In this document: in pieces, positions 30,935 through 40,709 of the stretch
Layout: each line of letters begins with the position of its first letter
How positions within the stretch are numbered: position 1 is the stretch's first letter
NCBI GenBank assembly: GCA_965222225.1
Contig: CBDCTK010000002.1
Coordinates: forward strand, 1,280,001 to 1,344,000
From: Candidatus Poribacteria bacterium
Lineage (GTDB): Bacteria; Poribacteria; WGA-4E; JAJDTR01
Reading direction: 5' to 3'
DNA length: 64,000 nucleotides
Notes under the pieces: model-generated
The model's database searches: none
The model's input: only the letters and a program-made list of their open reading frames with translations
Told to the model about the DNA's origin: nothing
Translations under genes and position numbers: made by a program

Positions 30935-31079
30935 ATCGACGACATTTTTACATTCATTTACGGAATTAGTAGCTTGTAGCTTTTAGACTGACGACAAACA
31001 TAAAACTTGGTACCCTGTCGTAAATCTTTTCGTCACACGTAGATGTCCATAGTGACTATTCTTCTCGTAGGAGTTTGCT

Positions 31080-31934
31080 ATGGACATTTTGAATCTTATG
31101 AAAGAGTTTCCAAATCAAGAATCTTGTCTCAGATTTATAGAGGAAAAACGTTGGAAGGACGGTGTTTGCTGTATCCACTGTGGCAGTGAAAAAGTTGGAC
31201 GCAAGAACAAAAACGACATTACTACTGGTTGGAATTGCTACGATTGTGAATCTAGCTTTTCGGCTACAGCAGGAACCATCTTCCATGGTACCAAGATACC
31301 TCTCCAGAAATGGTTTTTGGCTATCTCAATTCTTTCCAATGCCAAGAAAAGCATATCGAGTTGTCAGCTTGCTCGTGACTTGGACATGAATCAAAAGTCC
31401 GCTTGGTATATGGCAATGCGCCTCCGTGAGAAAATGAGTGATAGTGATGAATTGCTGAAAGGGATAGTTGAAGCGGACGAAACCTATGTCGGCGGCAAAC
31501 CCAGAGCAAAATCTAAGAGAGGTAGAGGCACAAATAAATCTCCCGTCATCGGCGTAGTCGAGAGAGGCGGTCGGGTGGTTGCTAAATTCATGAAGGTTCT
31601 ATCTGGTGAAAATATCAGAGAATTCATCCTTAGCAATGTCTCACCCGATGAGTCTATTCTTATGACTGATGAATTTCGCTCTTACAATAGTCTGGACGAA
31701 GATATCGAAAGACATGTTATCCATCACCAAGAGAGATATGTTTCTGAGGACGGCGTAACTCACACCAACACCATCGAGTCGTTTTGGGCTTGTGTCAAGA
31801 GGTCATTCTACGGAACGCATCATCACTACAGCAAGAAGTGGCTGCCACTGTATATCATGGAGTCTTGCTGGAAATATAATCGCAGAAAAGATGATGAGAT
31901 TTTCATAAGATTTTTTGATGAATGCTTCACCTGA
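31080..31934 (+). mobile_element. IS1595 family transposase (ISXO2-like DDE with zinc ribbon)
   Basis: RW.DG.CCIHCG, CYDC..FSATAGTIFHGTK, VEADETYVGGK, ILMTDE, HTNTIESFW; element ends not identified. Confidence 0.92.
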
Positions 31935-32200
31935 GCCACATGAATTGTTTGGCTATCGGTATATTCTGTCAACGACAACATCATGGTGTGCTGAAAATCC
32001 CATAGTGTTGGAAATTAAAATCCCGCAGATAACCCGCAATGCTCCCGCGAGCATGTACAAACGCTTGGTCAACATGATATGCCTCCATTTCTCTCTTATA
32101 GAGATGTATTTTAGTGTGAATCAAGATTCCGAACACTGTCTAAAATGATTGTACATTAAGAAGAGAAAAGCAAGCAAATCGACCAAAAAGCAGTTAACTA

Positions 32201-32521
32201 CTAAGTCCCTTCATTTATCTTCAGTCTTTCTTCAATAATGGCAAGAGTTAACACCCATTGACTGTCTTCATCCTTAAGTCGGAAAATCTGACAGCCTTGC
32301 GTTATTCCAATTTCCTTACGATCGACTTTCCATTGAATACCTTTCGGAAGCTGAAAGATGTGATGTCTGTCACCCAAGTAACCGGGGGACACATCCAAAC
32401 TACTCGCCATTGCTGTATAAGAACCGAAATCGCCGTACAACACGTCTACAGCCTCCCCTATTTCAGAGGGGAGTTTCCCGTTTAGGACCTGTAAATACTC
32501 GCGTGCCACCTCCTTATTCAT
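32201..32521 (-). CDS. ParB-type HTH/central DNA-binding domain-only protein
   Basis: EIGEAV..LY..FGSY..MASSLDVS....FQLP..IQWKV...EIG resembles the ParB HTH/KorB region; start overlaps upstream stop. Confidence 0.55.
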   Translation of the reverse strand: MNKEVAREYLQVLNGKLPSEIGEAVDVLYGDFGSYTAMASSLDVSPGYLGDRHHIFQLPKGIQWKVDRKEIGITQGCQIFRLKDEDSQWVLTLAIIEERLKINEGT

Positions 32522-33396
32522 TATTTAGCCTCTCGTCTCATAAACTCTGTTATGATATGAGAACTGATTGTCGGTAGATCTATCAAGCCGCGCGATCTGC
32601 CCCAATTCGCTAACTCGGCACTAAGCCTAGAAGGAATTGTAATTCGTATCTCGCGGCTAGATTCGTCAATCTGTTTAGTAACATATTTATTCAAGTCTGC
32701 AATAGAGCTTTTGTGACCCGCCTCTTCTAAAGCCCCAATAGCATGTCGACGCCCTTCCCTGTCAAGACCTAAGTACCATGACACTCGGTCTCTCATCTTT
32801 TGTTGTGATTGTTCACGGTGCATACGGTCGTAAGTCTGTTGCACAATGGTATTCGCAGTCTTTACAGGAAGTGTTCCCGCATCTACTAATGGCATAAGAT
32901 CTTCAGGCAGTTCAGCCAAGCTATAATACCTCATAACGGTTTGTCGTGTTACGCCGAGATATCTGGCTGCAAGTTCGAGAGCGTCTCTTCCACTGTATTC
33001 TGGGGTAGTAAACGCCTTGTATATCCTTTCTGTCCAGTATGCTCGGTCGCTAAATGCCAAAGCCTCGTGTGACTCATCTTCTAACCACGAACGTTGAATA
33101 GCTTGTTCGTCGGTCAATTCCATTATGAAAGCAGGAATTTCTTTCAACCCAAGTTCTATACATGCCTTTAGCCTACATTGACCGGAAACATGCTGATAAT
33201 CGTATTCAGCGTTAGGGGTAGGGTGTGAGCGAACAACAATTGCATATTCCTGCATATAACCGTGTTGTTCAATAGACATTTTGATTCTATCAACATTTTG
33301 TTCTACGCCTTGTCTCCGAACATTGACGGGACTCGTAGGGTCAATTAGGCTTACCTCGATTTGCTTAACTTCACTCATTTCTGACATTCCTTTCAT
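32521..33396 (-). CDS. ParB/Srx N-terminal domain protein with HTH
   Basis: NVRR, SIEQHG, IVVR, VSGQCRLKAC..LGLKEIPA, AARYLGVTRQTV..YYSL.ELP. Confidence 0.8.
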   Translation of the reverse strand: MKGMSEMSEVKQIEVSLIDPTSPVNVRRQGVEQNVDRIKMSIEQHGYMQEYAIVVRSHPTPNAEYDYQHVSGQCRLKACIELGLKEIPAFIMELTDEQAIQRSWLEDESHEALAFSDRAYWTERIYKAFTTPEYSGRDALELAARYLGVTRQTVMRYYSLAELPEDLMPLVDAGTLPVKTANTIVQQTYDRMHREQSQQKMRDRVSWYLGLDREGRRHAIGALEEAGHKSSIADLNKYVTKQIDESSREIRITIPSRLSAELANWGRSRGLIDLPTISSHIITEFMRREAK

Positions 33397-33883
33397 GAGA
33401 GAAACAGTCGTAAGTTATCAACAACCTACTCAGCGTCTGCAGAAGTGGTATTGAATTATCAGTGAGGGATTCGCTTTATCGCTCTATCTCCGCTTCAAGG
33501 AATGACAAGGGCAGTTGCCGGGATTGACAACTGTGAAGCCCCTTGTCAAAAGCGATGGGGGATTATAGCAGGAAGGTGGGACGGGGTCAAGAAGAAACTG
33601 GTTAACGGCTATTCCGCGTCGTTGCCATCGTCGTCATGCGAATTTTTACTTAGCACCATCTGTAGCTTGCGCACGGATTCCATTTGCAAACCGAATCAAA
33701 TTTAGTTTTACGACTAGGACATAAGGCGACTAGGTCAAGCTGTCCACACTTCTCACCGTAGTGAAAATCGCCCTTGGACGTTTTGAAACGAAGGAGGCTG
33801 AGACTATACCGTTCTCCGCTTTTTATCGCCATTGGGGCGTGATTCGATACTGTTCAAATTCGTCGTATTCGGCTCTCGCCTTC

Positions 33884-34795
33884 TCACTTCCCATCCTTAT
33901 ACCACTTCACAGGGCTCCCTTCCCCCGCTGATTCCCTCACATACCGCGCCGGCATCGTCGGCTCCTGCCACCGCCCCGCCCGCTGCACCTCCTTCATTGT
34001 TGCTCCGGCGTCGGCAAGCGACACCGCAGACCCGATACGAAGCGAGTGTCCACCGATCAATCCCTCCACGCCAGCTTCCGCCGCCCGCCGCTGTATTGCT
34101 TCACGTGCCCCCTTCACGCCTAGCCGATCCTCAGTCACATGATTCTGGAAGCGTATCCTCCGGAACAGAGCCCCGGTCGCAATCCCCGCTCTCGTTCGAT
34201 ACCGCTCTATCGTCCGCCGTGTGGATTCGCAGATATACAGGACTTCGCCCCGCTGCTCCTCGTCTGCGTTTTTGCCGCGCACCTGAAGTCCCTCGGTTTT
34301 AACATCCTCCACATTGACCGCGACCGCCTCCGAGATGCGCAACAGGCAATCGCTCATCAGGCTTATCATGGCGGCATCCCGCAACCCCGCCGCTGTATCT
34401 GACGATTCCGACGCCGCGCACACCCGTTCCACTTCGTCCCACGTAAGCCCGTCGACCTGGCGGCGCGCCCGTTCTTTACCTTCTCCACGGATTTCAGACA
34501 TTGTCCGAGCCGTGATATCCCCAACCACAGTATCAGCCCCACGGTACTCAGCCATCCACTTCACCGCGGAAACGACCAGATTGATTGTAGCCGGCGACTT
34601 CCCCTCCGCATGCAGAAACCTGATATATTCCGCCAACACCGCATCGGTAAGCGTTCGTCCCTCCAGCCAAACTTCCAGCTTGCGCGTCGCGTGCTCGTAC
34701 GCCTTGAGCGTGTTATCCGCCACGTTCGCCCGAATCTCCTCCCCCGTGCCGGCGGCGATTCGCAAACCCCTGTCCGATTCCTTTCCTTGCTTCAT
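33884..34795 (-). CDS. Tyrosine recombinase, Cre-like
   Basis: RDAAMI..MSDCLLRISE, GHSLRIG, AGRW, MPARY catalytic set; GAGGG RBS before ATG 34795. Confidence 0.88.
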   Translation of the reverse strand: MKQGKESDRGLRIAAGTGEEIRANVADNTLKAYEHATRKLEVWLEGRTLTDAVLAEYIRFLHAEGKSPATINLVVSAVKWMAEYRGADTVVGDITARTMSEIRGEGKERARRQVDGLTWDEVERVCAASESSDTAAGLRDAAMISLMSDCLLRISEAVAVNVEDVKTEGLQVRGKNADEEQRGEVLYICESTRRTIERYRTRAGIATGALFRRIRFQNHVTEDRLGVKGAREAIQRRAAEAGVEGLIGGHSLRIGSAVSLADAGATMKEVQRAGRWQEPTMPARYVRESAGEGSPVKWYKDGK

Positions 34796-34919
34796 GATAA
34801 AACCCTCGTCAGACCTACGCAACTGTTGCCATATTCATCGACCGTCCAAGTTGTCCCACGGTATCTGGCACGCCAAGTGAATACGGCAACACGAACGTCG
34901 TTACCTACAGTTTGTAGGG

Positions 34920-35075
34920 TGCGATCAAAGGAATGAATAATGACTGCGATAGAGATCCACTGCGATCAAGCAAATGAATAATGAGCGCGATAGAAATCCT
35001 ACCAGCCTCTAAAAGCCCCAGCGGGGATCAAACGAACGATCAACTGAGTGGTTAGCGAAGGCGATAGCAATCCCA
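34920..35075 (+). repeat. Three copies of a ~41-bp repeat (CGATCAA..TG.ATAA.GA..GCGATAG..ATCC)
   Basis: Units at 34920, 34961 (period 41) and about 35035. Confidence 0.75.
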
Positions 35076-35165
35076 TAGGTATGTAGCAGCCAACAATGAA
35101 AACATGAAAAAACTTTCTACAAATGACCAAAAATGGCTTTGCCACCGATTATTCAAACAGGTTCT
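35060..35165 (+). repeat. ~105-bp direct repeat, copy 1
   Basis: AGGTATGTAGCAGCCAACAATGAAAACATG...CCACCGATTATTCAA also at 38103-38208. Confidence 0.85.
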
Positions 35166-36178
35166 TAGAACACACCCTCCCTGACCATCGATCGGCTCAA
35201 CCTCTTCACCACCGACGGCGTCACCGGATCGTTGTCCGGGAGGAATCCCTTACCCTTCTTTAGTTTAACAGAAGCAACACTGTCCAGCTCAGTCAACTCC
35301 TTTGCCCCTTGCAATGCCTTTAGATCGCCCCCGTAGTAATCGTACCAAGGCAGCCCCGCGTTTGTGTAATTCTGAGCCGTCGGCGGCTTACTTGGCGGCT
35401 GGCACCCCGTCAAGTGCAAGAGCTGAACGCTATTGACGATATGCACGAAGCAGCGTGAGCCGTTCGACGTGTCCCACGCATCGATACCGTGTTCGTCCTC
35501 ATATATCTCCTGCCGCATCAAACCCCCCGGCGCCAACCCCATATCGGGAGGTGGTGCGGCACTCGGGGCCGCCATATCATGTAGTATTCCCTCCGGGACG
35601 CGATGCATTTCTTCATACGTCGACCGGTTCATGGGGTAGACCGCAATCTGAAGCCCCCCATGTTCCGCCTCTCCAGTCATCTGCTCCTCCGCCGTGTAAC
35701 CCTCACCCAGCGGCATCGCCACGAACTGCCGAATCAAGCCCTTCTCCACGCAGAACCCGTCCACCCACGGCTGTTCCGGAACCACCACGTAGTCCTGCGG
35801 TTCCCCGCTGAGTTCCTCCTCCCATGCCTCTCCGGTCACCGCGTTCACCTTGCCCGCCGCAATCTTCACCGCCATCGGATAGTCGCCGCGAAAATTAATC
35901 CACAGCGCTTCCGCTTGGTACATGGGGATGAATACCCCTCCATGTTCTGCCCACCTATCCGGCAAGTTATCCGGATAGTCGTCCACGCGGCTCAGCGGAA
36001 ATTCACCGAGTCCCGGCGGGAGATAATGTTCCCGGTTGTCGTCCGGAATCCGCAGCGTCCGTTGGAATCCAATCTCGACTTCCGCATCCTCGTGTACTCC
36101 CGCAAACCGAAAGATAAGTTGATCGTCTCTAAGTTCGATTGTCTTTTTCCTGTTCCTAGTCCTTTTCGCCATTATCAT
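35165..36178 (-). CDS. Conserved hypothetical protein (FQRTLRIPDD/LPPGLG family)
   Basis: Long ORF with FQRTLRIPDD, PMYQAEALWINF, QPWVDG, QFVAMPLGEG, GLPWYDYY; start reassigned to ATG 36178. Confidence 0.8.
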   Translation of the reverse strand: MIMAKRTRNRKKTIELRDDQLIFRFAGVHEDAEVEIGFQRTLRIPDDNREHYLPPGLGEFPLSRVDDYPDNLPDRWAEHGGVFIPMYQAEALWINFRGDYPMAVKIAAGKVNAVTGEAWEEELSGEPQDYVVVPEQPWVDGFCVEKGLIRQFVAMPLGEGYTAEEQMTGEAEHGGLQIAVYPMNRSTYEEMHRVPEGILHDMAAPSAAPPPDMGLAPGGLMRQEIYEDEHGIDAWDTSNGSRCFVHIVNSVQLLHLTGCQPPSKPPTAQNYTNAGLPWYDYYGGDLKALQGAKELTELDSVASVKLKKGKGFLPDNDPVTPSVVKRLSRSMVREGVF

Positions 36179-36371
36179 AGCCCTCTCTTTTTGAATTCGT
36201 GACGTGAAATGAGTAAACCACGCTAATACAAGGTACGTCTCATAACATGAATTATAAAACCTAACAACGTAAACGTCAAGCCTTTTTTTTGATTTAACAA
36301 CCACAAAGGTGCCCCTCTGGGAAGGCTCCCGGGCACCACCGAGACTCTCACCCTCTTCGAGAATATCGAAT

Positions 36372-36472
36372 AGCGATCAACTGAGTGGATAACGAAGGCG
36401 ATAGAAGATCCCTCAAGGGAATGGATAATGACCGCGATAGTAAATCTCTCAGTGAAGGCGATAGATAATCCC
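36372..36472 (+). repeat. Second cluster (three copies) of the GCGATAG..ATCC repeat
   Basis: GCGATCAACTGAGTGGATAACGAAGGCGATAG matches the 35035 unit; two further partial units. Confidence 0.75.
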
Positions 36473-36643
36473 GTGTGATAGCACTCCCACCTCTCTCCAC
36501 CGCCTTACTCACGATTTCCAAACCAAAATCGCTTTCATCATTGAAATCCGCCGCTGAAAATGATATAGTAGAAATCACCTTACCCCATCAATGTACAACC
36601 CCTGCTAGATGTAGATTTCTGACTGTCGCCGGGAGAATCTTCC

Positions 36644-38091
36644 ATGCGTTTTCAGATTAGATTAGTCGCGGTCCTGCTCGCCCTACTCCTCTCCCTACTG
36701 ACCCATGCCTCATCCCGGTCGGTGCCGCAACTCGCCGAAAAAGCACTAGCCGCAACTGTTTCCCTGGAGGTACAGGACGAAAACGGCGTTACACTCGGTC
36801 AAGGCAGTGGGTTCTTCGTGCGCCCCAACCTCATCGCCACGAACTTCCACGTTATTGACGGCGCTGCGAAGGGCATCGCAAGACTAGTCAACAAAGGCAC
36901 CGCATACCCTATCGAAGGCCTTGCTGGCACCGATGAAATCAACGACCTCGCACTCCTCAGAGTCACTATTCACGGCGTCATCCCCCTTTCCCTCGGCGAT
37001 AGCGACAAGGTTCAAACTGGCCAAACCGTTTACGTGGCGGGCAATCCTCTAGGCTTTGACGGCACGTTTTCTGACGGTATTGTTAGTAGCCGGCGTAACA
37101 CTTACGGAATTGAACGCCTTCAGATGACTGCCCCGATCTCCTCCGGCAGCAGCGGTGGTCCCGTGCTCAACACCAGCGGCGAAGTCATTGGCGTTTCCGT
37201 GTCAACCTTCAGCCCACTTTTTGGGCAAAATCTCAATTTTGCGATACCATCCAACTCGCTGAGGGAGTTGCTCGCACGCTCTCGCCAGGCTAAGCCGATG
37301 TTGTATTCGAAACAAACGACATCTGCCGATACTTTCCGACAAAGAGGTTGGGAGAAGTTTCGACTGGGGGACTATAATGGGGCGCTTGTCGATTTCGCAA
37401 ACGCGATTCGTTTAAGTCCTGACAATTCTGTTCTCTATGCCATGCGTGGACACGCGAAGCACTCTTTGGGACAATACGCTAGCGCCGTGGATGACTATAA
37501 TACAGCCATCCGCGTCGATCCAAACTATGCCACAGCTTGCGTGGGGCGCGGGCACGCAAAAGAGCAACTCAATCAACTTGATGCCGCCATCGCTGACTAT
37601 GCCACGGCCATCCGACTCAATCCAAACGATGCCTACGTTTACGTACAACGCGGTAGGGCCAAAAACCTATTGGGGCGAAGCTTTGATGCTATCGCCGACT
37701 ATGACTCTGCAATCCGCCTCGCCCCTGAGGATTCCTCCGCCTACTTCTATCGGGGAAATGCCAAATCAGTCCTGGAACAACACTTCGCAGCAATCTCGGA
37801 CTACGACATCGCGATTCGCCTCGACCCGGAAGATGCTGCCGGTTACTTGAATCGAGGCGCTTCGAAAGCCGCCTTGAACCATATTCGGCCGCCATCGCCG
37901 ATTACGATTTCGCCATCCGGCTTAATCCTGACTTAGCCCTAGCCTACAAGAATCGCGGCTTGTCAAAGTACACCCTCAACCAAGTTCACCGGGCAAAGCA
38001 AGATCTAAACATTGCGCTGAAATTGGCGAAGCAGCAAGGAAATCACAGCCTCGAAGCAGGGATTCAGGACTGGCTTCGGCGACTAGATTAA
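36644..38091 (+). CDS. Exported trypsin-like serine protease with TPR repeats, frameshifted near 37881
   Basis: GSGFFV, ATNFHV, DLALL, ISSGSSGGP; TPR array continues in another frame (YSAAIADYDFAIRLNPDLALAYKNRG) to TAA 38091. Confidence 0.85.
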
Positions 38092-38102
38092 CCGAACAAT
38101 CT

Positions 38103-38208
38103 GGCGATAGAGATCCCACAGGTATGTAGCAGCCAACAATGAAAACATGGAAAAACTTTCTCAAAATTCTCAAAAATGGCTTTACCACCGATTATTCAAC
38201 CAGGCTCT
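38103..38208 (+). repeat. ~105-bp direct repeat, copy 2
   Basis: Aligns over its length with 35060-35165. Confidence 0.85.
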
Positions 38209-38745
38209 CAGGCCCTAACGTCGATTGACAGAATCCTCCTGCCCGTGTCCATCACAGGATTGGCGGCATCATTAGGAAAGTAACCTGAGGCCTACCTTTA
38301 TGCTTACACCGGGAGTTGGTTATTGCTCACTTATTGGATATTTCTATCTTGGCGCTATAGGACAAGGCAGGACGAGAGATTTGACATAGTGAGGGACATG
38401 GAATCTTGCCTCGGATTCGAAGCACACCGCCTATTGAAGAAGATTCAATGGCCTCCTCGGGACAGGTGTTTGAGGTGGATTTTCTACTGGCTCGTGGTTT
38501 TTCTTGCGGCAGTTGCAGGTGCGATACACCACTGCGTTCCGCGAGTGTCCGGCGTCTGGCTTTGGCGAATACTGCCATGGTGTATACTACCGGTGACTTC
38601 CTTTATTTTCTAGTACGACATCAAGAGACTTTCCAAAAGAAAGGCTCATCAGGATTCAAAATAAAAACTGCCTCGATTGCTCGACTGAACAACACTACGC
38701 AGACTGTCCAGTCATGCTTCGTCAATCGAGTAGATGCACTTTGAC

Positions 38746-39402
38746 TTACACTCCGTTCTTCATCACTGCTAAGTAATTTGCCGTCGCCTGGTTCGGCTCC
38801 GCTTTCAATCCACTTGCTATCGCCGCTACATATTTCACAGTGTCACGCCAGTGGCTTGTGTCAACTCTCGACGTCGGCCGATGCGCGTGTTGCGTCTCAA
38901 GGTATAGCAAATGCCCCTTTCGGCAGCCGTACGTAAAGATGTCGCGGGTAATCTTTGTGTCGTTCATGCAATATTCTTTCACACGGTCAATCTCTCCATT
39001 GCGAAACCAATTGATAGCCTGTGTACCGTCTCCTGTTTTTTTCGCGTTCAGCGTGGCTTGCACGATATGGTCTAGTTTTAGCCGGTGTCCGAGTGTTGCC
39101 GTGACGGCGACAAGCATGTCGAAGCTGCGCACTGACCAGAAATCGGCGTCTGAATACGCGGAAAGCACACGGTAATCAAAACGCAATTGGTTGAAACCCA
39201 CGACAAGCCCGGCGTTAAGAATTTCGTCGATTAATTCAGCGATGTTCGATTCTTCGAAACTATAAAACTGTCCGGTTCCCGAATCGTAGGAAGTGGCGGC
39301 CGAAACGCCCATTTGCGGGATGTTGTCCCAACCTCCCACTTCGTCTGCCAAGAATTTGGTTTCGATGTCGAAATACAAAATATTGTTTATCATCGAAGCC
39401 AT
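38746..39402 (-). CDS. RNase H-like (YprB/RNase_H_2) DEDD exonuclease
   Basis: YFDIET, VGFNQLRFDY, LKLD, EYCMND motifs. Confidence 0.8.
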   Translation of the reverse strand: MASMINNILYFDIETKFLADEVGGWDNIPQMGVSAATSYDSGTGQFYSFEESNIAELIDEILNAGLVVGFNQLRFDYRVLSAYSDADFWSVRSFDMLVAVTATLGHRLKLDHIVQATLNAKKTGDGTQAINWFRNGEIDRVKEYCMNDTKITRDIFTYGCRKGHLLYLETQHAHRPTSRVDTSHWRDTVKYVAAIASGLKAEPNQATANYLAVMKNGV

Positions 39403-39681
39403 GATTTACATTCCAAATTGGCTCAACCGCGGTAGGATTTAAGCCATTATGTTACTCACGTTGCACTCGCGTCCGAACCTCACTGTACCAAGGAGATTAC
39501 CATTTCCGCTTACTCCAAAACACTTGCTTTATAAAGTTATACGAGACGTGAAACCAGCGTTGATCGAGTTAATGAATAACACCCGACAACTCCAATTGGA
39601 GCACCTGAATTTCTTCTAACATCTTTAAAACGCGTTAGTGCACTAGTAACGAACATCCCTATCTCCCTCGTCATCAAGAAA

Positions 39682-40593
39682 TCAAGGCGCAATAGCTTCT
39701 GCTCCAAGTTGACTGCTTAACCACGTCTTCAGCGGAACATCTTCGTCGCTTGGCGACGTATAACTATAACCACCGCCCCCGGCTCCTAACAGCTGCTGTC
39801 TAATTGGGTCGCATTGATCCATATAGTGGGACACAGTCATGTCGTCCCGCGGTCTCAACCACCGGTAGCCGTAGCCGTAGAAGAGTACTTTCCTCGTGAT
39901 GTCCGAGTGATTCGGACTCGCGGCATGATACAATCGCCGATCGAAGAACACCGCCGTGCCGGGCGCGACCCGCACTTCAAGCATGCCGTCAGGATTTGAA
40001 ACCCCATCGGCAGGAAACTCTAACTCATTCTGCAGGTGGCTGCCGGGTACGACATAAAAATTCGCGCAACCTCGTGTTCTCGTGTCAGTAAGGAAAAAAC
40101 CCACCTTTAAGGAAACTCGTGGGCGTGGATTACCCTCCAACTCAATGTTTAACCGGCCGCTATCCTGATGCCATCCGAAACGCTTCTGTACCTCGGTCTC
40201 GTCCGGTGAAGAAGGAGCGGTAACTGTAAGATGCGAATGATACAGTTGGATGTTCCACCCCAAGAGATCCCAGACTTTTGGGAATGTCTTGGGCCAATCA
40301 AGTAATTCCAGAAAAATCTCATCTTTCCCCACAAAGTCAGAAAGATTCAGTCGTTCGTGAGGGCCCATTAACTTGCTGGGCGGGCGGTTGGGGTTTATGA
40401 CACTTGACGAAGTTCGTCCTACATCTTGCGCTCCGATCGGCGCCCGATATTGTGCATCCAACCGGTCAACTACTGCGACGAGATTTTCTACCATCTCTGG
40501 TGGTAGAGCATCCTCGACAATAAAAAATCCGTTTTCTTCAAATTCGAGACGTTCATCGTCACTCAGACAGTAATCAAACCAACCCGCGTCCAT
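39682..40593 (-). CDS. Phytanoyl-CoA dioxygenase (PhyH) family protein
   Basis: FEENGFFIVEDAL, WHQD, VVPGSH, GTAVFFDRRLYH. Confidence 0.9.
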   Translation of the reverse strand: MDAGWFDYCLSDDERLEFEENGFFIVEDALPPEMVENLVAVVDRLDAQYRAPIGAQDVGRTSSSVINPNRPPSKLMGPHERLNLSDFVGKDEIFLELLDWPKTFPKVWDLLGWNIQLYHSHLTVTAPSSPDETEVQKRFGWHQDSGRLNIELEGNPRPRVSLKVGFFLTDTRTRGCANFYVVPGSHLQNELEFPADGVSNPDGMLEVRVAPGTAVFFDRRLYHAASPNHSDITRKVLFYGYGYRWLRPRDDMTVSHYMDQCDPIRQQLLGAGGGGYSYTSPSDEDVPLKTWLSSQLGAEAIAP

Positions 40594-40709
40594 TATATAC
40601 CCCCTTCATTTGATTCTATTTGAGACACCACTTCCACATTCGGCTGAGTGCACAGTCGGAATGGAAATGTCGCTGTTCTCCTAAACTCTACGCTTGTCCG
40701 AGATTTTGA

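Noticed and set aside
30960-32200. Terminal inverted repeats of IS1595
   Set aside because: Only an 8-bp TTTTAGAC/GTCTAAAA match was seen; not enough to define ends.
36348-36578. ORF with repeated SLRDLLS peptide
   Set aside because: By-product of the non-coding GCGATAG repeat cluster.
29475-38745. tRNA gene or att duplication bounding the island
   Set aside because: No tRNA-like sequence or boundary direct repeat found by eye.
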